The notes: generated by a model not told the origin, from the sequence alone. Shown: positions 8,521-16,957, counted from the first letter of the stretch. The stretch is DNA of 64,000 nucleotides from a virus (IMGVR_UViG_3300042393_000497:3783-67782), one strand, 5' to 3'. A program made the numbers and translations.

Positions 8521-8727
8521 ATGAAAGCAGCAACAAAAACAAAGTTTGTAAAATTAACATCTTACATCAGTAAAGAACCAATATACATAAACATAGATAT
8601 GATTGGTCATATTTACGAAGAAAATAACTATACAGTTATAGGACATTTGACTCATAGAAACGGAGGATTTAATGTAACTCAAGATTTAGAAGAAGTTTTA
8701 GAATTAATTAATCAATTAAACAAATAG
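8521..8727 (+). CDS. small protein, possible FlbD/LytTR-like beta fold
   Basis: FVKLT..EPIYINIDMIGHI pattern. Confidence 0.5.
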   Translation: MKAATKTKFVKLTSYISKEPIYINIDMIGHIYEENNYTVIGHLTHRNGGFNVTQDLEEVLELINQLNK

Positions 8728-8732
8728 AAATT

Positions 8733-8750
8733 ATGGGAAGATATTAATAA
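8733..8750 (+). pseudogene. orphan 5' stub (MGRY-stop) of gene 9265-9624
   Basis: ATG GGA AGA TAT TAA encodes the same first four residues as ATG GGG CGC TAT TAT at 9265. Confidence 0.7.
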
Positions 8751-8766
8751 ATACCATATTGTTTTG

Positions 8767-8774
8767 TATCTTTG
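8767..8774 (+). promoter_or_regulatory. -7 promoter box carried by the HNH cassette
   Basis: TATCTTTG 18 nt before ATG 8792. Confidence 0.6.
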
Positions 8775-8791
8775 TAAAAAAATATAAAGTT

Positions 8792-9262
8792 ATGATAGAA
8801 ATAGAAAAAGATTATTTTGTTACTGAAGATGGCAAAGTATTTAGTAAAAGAAAGTTTAATAAACTTACTGAATTAAAGTTATCAAAAACAGGTCACAAAG
8901 GTTATGTTAAAGTTAGGATAAATAAAAAAGATTATTTTGTTCATAGACTTGTAGCTAAAGCATATTTAACAAACCTATTTGATAAAAAAGTTGTAAATCA
9001 TATAAACGGAATAAAACACGACAATCGTGTGCAAAATTTAGAATGGTGTACAAGAAGTGAAAATTCAAAACACGCATACGACATTGGTTTACATAAACCA
9101 CATACGGGATTAAAAGATAAAGGAAATAATAAATTCTACAAAGAGTGGAATAATTTAATTAAACAAGGAATATCAATGAGAAAAATTTCAAAACAATATG
9201 GCGTTAGTCATAGAACAATCGGGAACGTAGTAAAAAAGTTTAACAATCTAAAAATCAATTAG
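8792..9262 (+). mobile_element. free-standing HNH homing endonuclease
   Basis: FVHRLVAKAY, VNHINGIKHDNRVQNLEWCTRSEN (HNH_3 type), C-terminal HTH; likely start 8792. Confidence 0.9.
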
Positions 9263-9264
9263 TT

Positions 9265-9624
9265 ATGGGGCGCTATTATTCAGGAGACATCGAAGGAAAA
9301 TTTTGGTTTGGTTTGCAATCAAGTGTTGCAGCAGATAGGTTTGGAGTATCACACTACCAACCTGAATATGTAATGTATCGTTATACAAGTGATGACCTAG
9401 TAAATGTTGTTAATGAAATAAATAACATTGTAGATAATCTAGGAGATAAACTACAAGTAATTGAAAAGTTATTTGAAGATAAAATGGGATACACCGATCA
9501 AATGTTAGAAGAAGCAGGCATAACAAGAGATGAATTAAGCGAGTATGCTGACTTAGGATTAGGTATTCAAATTAGGGATTATATAATTGAAAATGGAGAA
9601 TGCACATTCGATGCAGAACTATAA
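9265..9624 (+). CDS. conserved phage protein (MGRYYSGDIEGKFWFG)
   Basis: ORF track; target gene of the upstream HNH insertion. Confidence 0.8.
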   Translation: MGRYYSGDIEGKFWFGLQSSVAADRFGVSHYQPEYVMYRYTSDDLVNVVNEINNIVDNLGDKLQVIEKLFEDKMGYTDQMLEEAGITRDELSEYADLGLGIQIRDYIIENGECTFDAEL

Positions 9625-9635
9625 AACAATTAGCT

Positions 9636-9869
9636 ATGAAACACAAAGTATATAGAGAAGATTTTATCAATTGGTATTTTGATGATAAGGATGATTTCTT
9701 TATCTTAGCCAAAGATATGGTTAGAGATTTAAGAAACGAAGGTCGTTGTTCTTTAGATGTTCAAGACTTATGGGATAGAATGGAAGAAGTTCCTAAATGG
9801 ATAATCGAAGGCTGGGAAGAAGAAAGTACATATATTGATATTAAAAAATGCAAACTAATATGCGATTAA
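9636..9869 (+). CDS. acidic early hypothetical protein
   Basis: Likely start ATG 9636. Confidence 0.65.
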   Translation: MKHKVYREDFINWYFDDKDDFFILAKDMVRDLRNEGRCSLDVQDLWDRMEEVPKWIIEGWEEESTYIDIKKCKLICD

Positions 9870-10042
9870 GAACTAACAGAGTAAACATTCAAATGGTAGC
9901 AGATAGCATTGATAGGCTTTACGATAAGATGAAGTACGAAGTAAAAGAAATACAAAAAGAGAATGGTAGTATGAAATATAAAGAGGCTTATCTTATTTGG
10001 AAACAAAGGAATCCAAGTATTGACACAAGCATTTTTTATTAA
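9860..10042 (+). CDS. early hypothetical protein
   Basis: Likely start ATG 9860. Confidence 0.6.
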   Translation: MRLRTNRVNIQMVADSIDRLYDKMKYEVKEIQKENGSMKYKEAYLIWKQRNPSIDTSIFY

Positions 10043-10187
10043 TCACTATCAACTATTAAAAAACTGTAGCACACTTGTAATGAAAATCCTTTCCAACCAT
10101 GAAGTGTAGGCAATGTATATGAGTGATTCAAAGTAGCTTCGAGTGTGTGCATTATTCATAATGGCTACAAATATACATATTGGTGAC

Positions 10188-10213
10188 TGCCCTGAAAGAA
10201 GGGCATTTTTTTT
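10188..10213 (+). terminator. intrinsic terminator
   Basis: TGCCCT-GAAAGA-AGGGCA followed by T8. Confidence 0.8.
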
Positions 10214-10244
10214 AAATATAAATCAACAATTATAAATTAAAACT

Positions 10245-10517
10245 ATGAAAAAACTATTATTAAGTTCATTAGCGTTATTCGCTATTGCTTGTTCAAATGA
10301 TGATGAAAACAATGGATCATCATCAACAGATTGTGATTGTGGCAGAATAACTATGTCCTCATCATTTAACGTAGTTAATGCTCCTGGTTCTCCAACTCCA
10401 GTTACTACATTTACATCATTTATTGTATTAAATAATTGTACTTATCGTGAAACAACTCATACTGTAAATGGTAATCAAACAAACATTTATCGAGTGGGAA
10501 GTCAATATTGTAGATAG
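10245..10517 (+). CDS. lipoprotein (possible superinfection exclusion)
   Basis: MKKLLLSSLALFAIA-C lipobox followed by acidic SNDDENN. Confidence 0.75.
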   Translation: MKKLLLSSLALFAIACSNDDENNGSSSTDCDCGRITMSSSFNVVNAPGSPTPVTTFTSFIVLNNCTYRETTHTVNGNQTNIYRVGSQYCR

Positions 10518-10518
10518 C

Positions 10519-10755
10519 ATGGAAAAAGAAATTATCTACTGGACTATAAAAGATGGAATTAAAATCGATGTAGACAAAATGGACTTAACTCATTTGAGAA
10601 ATACTCTCAAGATGATTATTAGAAACTATAATGCAGCTAAAGCTATAGAGCCAATAAAGGTAAATAGATTTGAGTTGCATGGAGAGATTGCACAACAGTT
10701 TGTTGAAGAACAAATTGAGGCAGAATATGAAGATTTAGACTATTACAATTATTAA
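10519..10755 (+). CDS. hypothetical protein
   Basis: Likely start ATG 10519 (MEKEIIYWT..MDLTHLRNTLKM). Confidence 0.7.
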   Translation: MEKEIIYWTIKDGIKIDVDKMDLTHLRNTLKMIIRNYNAAKAIEPIKVNRFELHGEIAQQFVEEQIEAEYEDLDYYNY

Positions 10756-10769
10756 TAAATTATTTAATT

Positions 10770-10934
10770 ATGAAAAATAAATTTACTGAAGACGAATTAA
10801 GAGACATTGCTATACGAATGGTTGATAAATTAGTAGAGCAAGGATATGTAAAAGATTGCATTAATACGGATGATGATACCGAATTTGAAGTTCAAGACAT
10901 ATTGTTAGATGAATTAACAAAAACCTTTAAATAA
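10770..10934 (+). CDS. 54-aa acidic protein (not in track)
   Basis: MKNKFTEDELRDIAIRMVD... Confidence 0.65.
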   Translation: MKNKFTEDELRDIAIRMVDKLVEQGYVKDCINTDDDTEFEVQDILLDELTKTFK

Positions 10935-10939
10935 TAATT

Positions 10940-11146
10940 ATGAAAGTAAAAATTAAAATTAAAAATGGATACTGGACATACAATGGAGTTCCAGTTAAAG
11001 ATTGTAGTTTCCCTATTCAAAAATTAGTTGCATCTTATATCAAGCAAACTGTATTTGAAACAGAACCAAGAGAACATAAGCAGGAGAAAAAAGAATTTAT
11101 CTTAGATAAGTATTCTTATAACTTTAACTTTGAAAGAGTGAGTTAA
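10940..11146 (+). CDS. hypothetical protein
   Basis: ORF track. Confidence 0.7.
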   Translation: MKVKIKIKNGYWTYNGVPVKDCSFPIQKLVASYIKQTVFETEPREHKQEKKEFILDKYSYNFNFERVS

Positions 11147-11286
11147 TGGAGAATGATTTATTAAAACTAATAATGGTAGTATCTGCAATATTATTTATTC
11201 AGACATTCGGATATATATCTGGAACTACATTCCTAATATCGTTAATATTGTTAATTATTAAATCAATAACAAAAAAAGATAAGTGA
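11146..11286 (+). CDS. 46-aa membrane peptide (not in track)
   Basis: MENDLLKLIMVVSAILFIQTFGYISGTTFLISLILLIIK... Confidence 0.55.
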   Translation: MENDLLKLIMVVSAILFIQTFGYISGTTFLISLILLIIKSITKKDK

Positions 11287-11311
11287 TTGTATGTCAGCAT
11301 ATAAAAATAAA

Positions 11312-11343
11312 TTTGCATATATTAAATATAAACATTACATTTG
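11312..11343 (+). promoter_or_regulatory. Bacteroidota primary-sigma promoter for the recombination/replication module
   Basis: TTTG (11312) - 20 nt - TACATTTG (11336). Confidence 0.75.
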
Positions 11344-11370
11344 TTATCAACAATTTTAAATTTATATATT

Positions 11371-11610
11371 ATGAAAAAACAGTTGGGAAGTTTAAAGTAT
11401 TTAGGAGTAGGTTTAGATATTGAATACTACTATGAGCCTAATTCAAGTGGACACCTTTGGGAAAGTAGTGGAGATGTTGGAAATCCAGATGAAGGAGGAG
11501 AGTTCTATTTAGAATCAGTAGAAGTAAACGGAGTAAACATATTCAGTATGCTAACTGAAGATATATTAGAGAGTATATCTTTACAATACACAAAAGAAAA
11601 CGAATTATAA
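11371..11610 (+). CDS. acidic hypothetical protein
   Basis: Likely start ATG 11371. Confidence 0.7.
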   Translation: MKKQLGSLKYLGVGLDIEYYYEPNSSGHLWESSGDVGNPDEGGEFYLESVEVNGVNIFSMLTEDILESISLQYTKENEL

Positions 11611-11632
11611 ATCAAATTAAATCAAATTAAAA

Positions 11633-12241
11633 ATGGCAGCAACCAAATTAACATTTAGCGAAAAGCTAGTAAAAGTTCAATCAGAACTTAAAGCACCTAA
11701 GAATATGTACAATTCTTTTGGTAAATACTCTTATAGAAATCAAGAGGGTATCTTAGAAGCAGTAAAACCATTGCTATCTTCTAACGGATTATGTATGACT
11801 GTATCTGACAATATCGTAGAGATTGGTGGTAGAGTATATGTAAAAGCAATCGTAAAGGTTTTTGACTCTGAAGGACAAGAAATTGTAGAAGCATTTGCAA
11901 GAGAGGAAGAAAGCAAGAAAGGTATGGATTCTGCACAACTAACCGGATCCACAAGTTCATACGCTAGAAAGTATGCTCTTAATGGAATGTTTTTGATTGA
12001 TGACACTCAAGATTCAGATGCTACTAATACACATGGCAAAGAAGTTGCTGCTCCAACTAAAGCACCTGCACCTGCACCAAAGAGAACTCCAGTTACAGAC
12101 ATTGACAAAGTAATTGCTGCGTTGGAATCTAATAGAGAAAAAACTATAGAGCAATTAACTTCTTTCAAAATATTGACACGAGAACAATATGAAAAACTAA
12201 ACCTTACTAAAGAAGAAGGACACCTTATTATAGTAAAATAA
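11633..12241 (+). CDS. erf: ERF-family ssDNA annealing protein
   Basis: ELKAPKN..NSFGKYSYR, GSTSSYARKYALNGMFLI. Confidence 0.9.
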   Translation: MAATKLTFSEKLVKVQSELKAPKNMYNSFGKYSYRNQEGILEAVKPLLSSNGLCMTVSDNIVEIGGRVYVKAIVKVFDSEGQEIVEAFAREEESKKGMDSAQLTGSTSSYARKYALNGMFLIDDTQDSDATNTHGKEVAAPTKAPAPAPKRTPVTDIDKVIAALESNREKTIEQLTSFKILTREQYEKLNLTKEEGHLIIVK

Positions 12242-12951
12242 TGGACATATTAACTCTTATAGATTGTGACTCTCTATTGTATAAGAACATAGAGAGTCTT
12301 GAGGAATATAAAGATAGGATAGATGAGTTAATATCTCAAGTTGTATCAGATACTAATGCAACACATTATAAATGCTTTATAGAGCATCCTAACAACTTTA
12401 CATTCAGAAAGATTCTATATCCTTCTTACAAGATAAATAGACGTAAGGCAGAGCTTCCAGTAAACTATAGAGAGATTAAGGATTATATCATAGAAACATA
12501 TAGTCCTTATGTTGCCGTAGGTGTTGAGTCTGATGATGCAGTTATTAGTACGCTAAGATATGTTAGAGAGAACTATCCATTAACTGATGTGGTATTAGCA
12601 GTAAATGATAAAGACTATCATACATTTCCATGTACTACATACGATTTATACTACGGAAGATTAGGAGAGATTAAGGTTGTTTCTGAAGAAGAAGCCAACT
12701 ATAACTTTTGGAATCAAATGATTCAAGGAGATGCATCTGATGGTGTATCTTCTATTAAGGGAATTGGTAAGAAAGGAGCTGAGAAAATTCTTAGCTCTTC
12801 TAAAAATCATTTCATAACTACATATAGAATGTATAAGTTAAGATACGGAAGACACTCCAGGAAACATTTTGAAAAGAGTTATAACTTATTAAAACTCAGA
12901 GATGATTTAAAGCCTTGCAAGAAGTTTAATTTAGTTGAATTTAAAGAATAA
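12241..12951 (+). CDS. 5'-3' exonuclease (T7 gp6/T5 D15/FEN family)
   Basis: IDCDS, ESDDAV, DKD, GDASDGVSSIKGIGKKGAEK (helix-hairpin-helix). Confidence 0.9.
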   Translation: MDILTLIDCDSLLYKNIESLEEYKDRIDELISQVVSDTNATHYKCFIEHPNNFTFRKILYPSYKINRRKAELPVNYREIKDYIIETYSPYVAVGVESDDAVISTLRYVRENYPLTDVVLAVNDKDYHTFPCTTYDLYYGRLGEIKVVSEEEANYNFWNQMIQGDASDGVSSIKGIGKKGAEKILSSSKNHFITTYRMYKLRYGRHSRKHFEKSYNLLKLRDDLKPCKKFNLVEFKE

Positions 12952-12955
12952 TATT

Positions 12956-13126
12956 ATGACCAAGAATCAGATTATAGAGGAATTAGAATTGTGTGTTGAA
13001 GCATTAAAACCTAGTGAAGATGTATACACAATTAATAAATTGAATAAAGTTATAGATGCATTGAAGTTTGAGTTTAGTATGTCAGAAGCATACTATGCTG
13101 AAATGATTTCGTATCTACAAGAATAA
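12956..13126 (+). CDS. small hypothetical protein
   Basis: Likely start ATG 12956. Confidence 0.6.
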   Translation: MTKNQIIEELELCVEALKPSEDVYTINKLNKVIDALKFEFSMSEAYYAEMISYLQE

Positions 13127-13186
13127 TAATAAAACTGAATAGCCGACAACAGAATTAAAAAGGTAGGCGAACAAATATTTTTACAC

Positions 13187-13480
13187 ATGAGCAAATTAAT
13201 TGCAATTTCAATTGACGTTACAAAACTTGACAAATCAAAGTTTGTAGTAGGAAAAAAAGGAACTTATGCTAACCTAACAGTTAGTTTAAATGACGAAGCA
13301 GACCAGTACGGAAACAATTGTTCTGTTTGGCAATCTCAATCTCAAGAAGAAAGAGAAGCCAAGCAAGACAGAAACTTCTTAGGAAATGGTAAGGTTGTTT
13401 TTGATGGGGATTCAAAAGCACCTCAACAAAGCAGACCTGCTGTTAAACATGAAGCCTTTGAGGATGGACTACCATTTTAA
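13187..13480 (+). CDS. phage single-stranded DNA-binding protein
   Basis: Small beta-rich protein with C-terminal EDGLPF tail next to ERF and exonuclease. Confidence 0.75.
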   Translation: MSKLIAISIDVTKLDKSKFVVGKKGTYANLTVSLNDEADQYGNNCSVWQSQSQEEREAKQDRNFLGNGKVVFDGDSKAPQQSRPAVKHEAFEDGLPF

Positions 13481-13526
13481 TTAATTTTAAACTTCCGTTT
13501 TAATTCATTATCTTTGTAAAAAAAAT

Positions 13527-14030
13527 ATGGATAATAAAAAATGTTTTAAATGTGAAGAAGTAAAACCTCTTGCTGATTTTTATAGACATAATCAGATGAA
13601 AGATGGTCATGTAAACAAATGTAAGGTTTGTAATAAAAGTGATGTAAGAGGTAATTACAAAATTAAATCTAAAGATTTTAATTGGATTGAAAAAGAAAGA
13701 GAACGATCCAAAGAAAAATATCATAGATTAGGTTATTTAAATAAACAAAAAGAATGGAATAGTAATAAAATATGGAAATCTTCAAGCACATATAAAAACT
13801 TAAGAAGAAAATATAAATTTATTCCCAAAACACATCACTTACATCATTGGAATTATAACGAAGAATATTTAGATGATATAATTATTTTAGAAATTTTTAA
13901 TCATAAACAAGCTCACTCTTTTTTAGAGTTAGATATAGATAAAAAAATATTCAAAACAATAGATGGATTTTATTTAGATACAAAAGAAAAACATATAGAA
14001 TATTTAATAAAAAATGGAATTAAATTCTAG
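13527..14030 (+). mobile_element. zinc-finger plus degenerate HNH-like endonuclease
   Basis: [18 protein letters not shown]; [10 protein letters not shown]; own TATCTTTG box at 13509. Confidence 0.6.
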
Positions 14031-14061
14031 TCTTTTCAATGGCTAACTACACACAACAACT

Positions 14062-14090
14062 AAGCCTCACTCGAAAGTTTGAGGCTTTTT
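14062..14090 (+). terminator. intrinsic terminator
   Basis: AAGCCTCA/TGAGGCTT stem followed by a T run. Confidence 0.8.
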
Positions 14091-14111
14091 ATAAAAAAAC
14101 CACTCTCAACA

Positions 14112-14144
14112 TTTGCTTTTTAATATACAAATGTTATATATTTG
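14112..14144 (+). promoter_or_regulatory. promoter of the replication operon
   Basis: TTTG (14112) - 21 nt - TATATTTG (14137). Confidence 0.75.
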
Positions 14145-14183
14145 TCATCGATAAATTGTTGAAACAAAATAATTATTAAGTAG

Positions 14184-14281
14184 AAGGAGAGAGCTATATA
14201 ATAATTTAATATAAAAATCCTCACAAGTCCTTTGTCCGATGCACCTCTCTCCTTTAGTGCTGAAGATAAGGGACTTTTTTT
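14184..14281 (+). promoter_or_regulatory. attenuator-like leader (terminator with loop complementary to an upstream element)
   Basis: Stem 14225-36/14265-76 plus T run; loop CTCTCTCCTT (14245-54) complements AAGGAGAGAG (14184-93). Confidence 0.6.
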
Positions 14282-14294
14282 AACACACATACTT

Positions 14295-14912
14295 ATGGCT
14301 GAGAATAAAAAATCATTTGTACTGTATTGCGATTTAATACATACAATAAGTAAGATGCCAAGTGATAAAGCTGGAGATTTATTTAAACATATTCTTGAGT
14401 ATGTAAACGATAAAAATCCAACGACTGATGACTTAATAATCAATCTTACTTTCGAACCAATTAAGCAACAATTAAAAAGAGATTTGGATAAATACGAAAG
14501 CATTCGAGAGCGTAACTCCTTAGCTGCTCGTAAGCGATGGGATGCGAGTGCATCATCTGGTATACCAAACGATGCTAAAAATGCCGATAATGATAATGAT
14601 AATGATAATGATATAAATAGTATAGATTTTATTGCATTACTTTCTTTCTTCAATAAGATTACGGGAAAGAAGATTAGAGTTATTGGAACTAAGGCTAAAA
14701 GACAATTTAACGCAAGGCTTAAAGAAGGGTATACAAAAGAAGATGTTGGTAGAGCAATAGTAAATTGTTTTAACGATCCGTATCACAAAGAAAATACTCA
14801 CTTCTTAACTCCAGAGTTTATATCAAGGTCAGATAAGTTTGAAAAGTATTTGAATGTATCTAATGCTAAAAAGCAAATTGATAAACCTAAATTTCAAGTA
14901 GGAAGCGTATGA
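14295..14912 (+). CDS. replication initiator (DUF6291-like N-terminus, conserved phage C-terminus)
   Basis: MAENKKSFVLYCD, DNDNDND linker, LTPEFISRSDKFEKYLN; likely start 14295. Confidence 0.75.
   Translation: MAENKKSFVLYCDLIHTISKMPSDKAGDLFKHILEYVNDKNPTTDDLIINLTFEPIKQQLKRDLDKYESIRERNSLAARKRWDASASSGIPNDAKNADNDNDNDNDINSIDFIALLSFFNKITGKKIRVIGTKAKRQFNARLKEGYTKEDVGRAIVNCFNDPYHKENTHFLTPEFISRSDKFEKYLNVSNAKKQIDKPKFQVGSV
14586..14613 (+). repeat. (GATAAT)n coding microsatellite
   Basis: 4 full copies plus GATA, encoding DNDNDNDND. Confidence 0.9.
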
Positions 14913-15406
14913 CACCAACACAAGCGATTAACCACATAAAGTTTAGGTTTAGTTCTGACAAGATAATAGTAAACAAAAAAGATGTCCAGGCTTTCAACTC
15001 AATGGTTTTGTATATCGAGAGTTTAAAGAAAGAAAGAGTATCTAATAACAAGCTATTAGCTAAGATGATTATAAATGAATTTATATGGCAGACAAAGAAT
15101 CGAGATAAGACATCAGCTTCTGCTATAAATGCAATAGATAAGATTCTTAAAGTTTCGGTTTGGGATTGGTGCTTAGAGTTAAAAAGAACTATTCCTCTAC
15201 TTAAATTTAAATTACTATCGTCAAAGATTGGTATAGTTGCAGATGAAAACATACTTAGTATAAGAGATGCTAATGCATTATTGTACAAACAATATAGCAA
15301 AGAGCTGACTGAGGCATTTACTTCAGAGTATTCTGAAGATGAGTTAGAAAGTTTTGTTACAAATGTTGTAAACGAATTAATAAGCAATAACGAAAACTTA
15401 GATTGA
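14909..15406 (+). CDS. hypothetical replication-linked protein
   Basis: Overlaps the initiator stop codon (ATGA). Confidence 0.7.
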   Translation: MTPTQAINHIKFRFSSDKIIVNKKDVQAFNSMVLYIESLKKERVSNNKLLAKMIINEFIWQTKNRDKTSASAINAIDKILKVSVWDWCLELKRTIPLLKFKLLSSKIGIVADENILSIRDANALLYKQYSKELTEAFTSEYSEDELESFVTNVVNELISNNENLD

Positions 15407-15407
15407 C

Positions 15408-16355
15408 ATGGATAAACTATTAGATGAATCGAGATTCGATGAGGTAGATGGGCAGTTCGGAGATGAATGGTTTGATTCAGTCTTTGAAGATTGCTTTATA
15501 GATACCAACATAGAAGTTGAGAGGCCAGAGGTATTAATATCTATTGGAGAATACAAGGTTAAAGGAAACTTATATCCTATTCCAGTTATGACAGCAGGAG
15601 AAATGAGTTGTATAGTAGCACCTTCTAAATCTAAAAAGAGTTTTATAAAGAGCGTTATATGTGCCTCATACATCTTAGGAGATTCAAGTAATTATTTTCC
15701 AAACATAAAAGGGCATAGAGATAAAGATTATTATATCTTTGACTTTGATACGGAGCAGTCAAAGTATTATTCATCTAAAACATTTCAGAGAACAATAGAA
15801 ATGGTTGGCTTTAAGTATAGTAATTATGTTCCATTTTGCTTGAGAAAACTATCTACTGTGGAAAGATATATGTTCATAGATAGAATACTTGAATCAGATA
15901 GATACAAAGGAAAGGTTAAGATTATATTCATAGATGGTATTGCTGACTTAGTTGATAACGACAATGATCCGGTGGAGAGTAAAAAAGTTGCTGGTTATTT
16001 AATGAAATGGACTTCGCAGTTCAATATACATATCTGTACGGTAATACATTCTTCTTGGGGAACAAACAAAGCAACTGGTCATTTAGGTTCTAGCATGGTT
16101 AAGAAAGCAGAAACGGTTATGTTACTAACTCCTACCGATGAATCTAAAGATGTTATCAAAGTTGAACATCAATACAATAGAGGATATAAGTTTGAAGAGT
16201 TTCACTTTAAAATTAATGATTACAATGCAATGCCTTACAAGGTTAATGATATAACTTTTGAAATTGAATCTCCAAACCTAAAAGAATTGTACAGAGAACC
16301 AAAACAAGAATTACCAAACATAGAGATAAACGATGCATTTGATGTGCCATTTTAA
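15408..16355 (+). CDS. RecA-fold AAA helicase (RepA/DnaB-like, no primase domain)
   Basis: Walker-A-like IVAPSKSKKSF, FDFDTEQS, Walker-B IFIDGIADL, VIH..GHLGS. Confidence 0.8.
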   Translation: MDKLLDESRFDEVDGQFGDEWFDSVFEDCFIDTNIEVERPEVLISIGEYKVKGNLYPIPVMTAGEMSCIVAPSKSKKSFIKSVICASYILGDSSNYFPNIKGHRDKDYYIFDFDTEQSKYYSSKTFQRTIEMVGFKYSNYVPFCLRKLSTVERYMFIDRILESDRYKGKVKIIFIDGIADLVDNDNDPVESKKVAGYLMKWTSQFNIHICTVIHSSWGTNKATGHLGSSMVKKAETVMLLTPTDESKDVIKVEHQYNRGYKFEEFHFKINDYNAMPYKVNDITFEIESPNLKELYREPKQELPNIEINDAFDVPF

Positions 16356-16364
16356 ATTAAAATT

Positions 16365-16901
16365 ATGGAAGATAAATTTTTAGAATTGAATAGGAAAGTA
16401 AAGAATTTAATTCTTTTAAATACAGGAGTTGATATTAATATCGATAGTAGAAAAAGAAACATAGTTGAATTAAGAGCATTGTATTTTACAATCATAAAGA
16501 GTATAGATAAGAAACAATCATTGGAGTATTTAGGTAGCACAGTAAATAGAGACCATGCATCAGTACTGCACAATTTGAAAAAATATCCTACACACGAAAA
16601 GTATAATCCAATACTTAGACCTTTAAGATATAAAATAACTTCTCTATTTGTTATTGATGATGAAATAGAAGATGACCAGGATACTTGTTTTAAGCAAATT
16701 GATTTCTTAAAGAAATTAAATTCAAAACTAATTGATAGATTAAATAATAAAAACGAAGAAGAGATTGCAAAAAAAGAAGGGTATGAAGTTATAAATAATT
16801 TAAATCAACTTTTATTAGACACTAAAGGAACTGAACTTCATGACTTAATGATATTCAGATTAGAATCACTTTATAATATGAACAGTAAAATAAAAAAATA
16901 A
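16365..16901 (+). CDS. protein with DnaA C-terminal (domain IV)-like HTH
   Basis: SRKRNIVELRAL..SLEYLGSTVNRDHASVLH. Confidence 0.75.
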   Translation: MEDKFLELNRKVKNLILLNTGVDINIDSRKRNIVELRALYFTIIKSIDKKQSLEYLGSTVNRDHASVLHNLKKYPTHEKYNPILRPLRYKITSLFVIDDEIEDDQDTCFKQIDFLKKLNSKLIDRLNNKNEEEIAKKEGYEVINNLNQLLLDTKGTELHDLMIFRLESLYNMNSKIKK

Positions 16902-16903
16902 TT

Positions 16904-16957
16904 ATGAATGTATTATCATTATTTGATGGTACTATGGACAATATTTTGTATCTTTGA
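16904..16957 (+). pseudogene. orphan 5' stub of the methyltransferase (MNVLSLFDG...)
   Basis: 17-codon mini-ORF whose residues NVLSLFDG are identical to the methyltransferase motif I at 17419-17442. Confidence 0.85.

Noticed and set aside
10188-10205. GCCCTGAAAGAAGGGC closely resembles lambda nut boxB
   Set aside because: No boxA upstream, the loop is 6 nt, and a T8 run follows; an intrinsic terminator explains it
14586-14613. (GATAAT)n as origin iterons
   Set aside because: Explained as the DN-repeat linker typical of this initiator family; not excluded as an origin but no independent support
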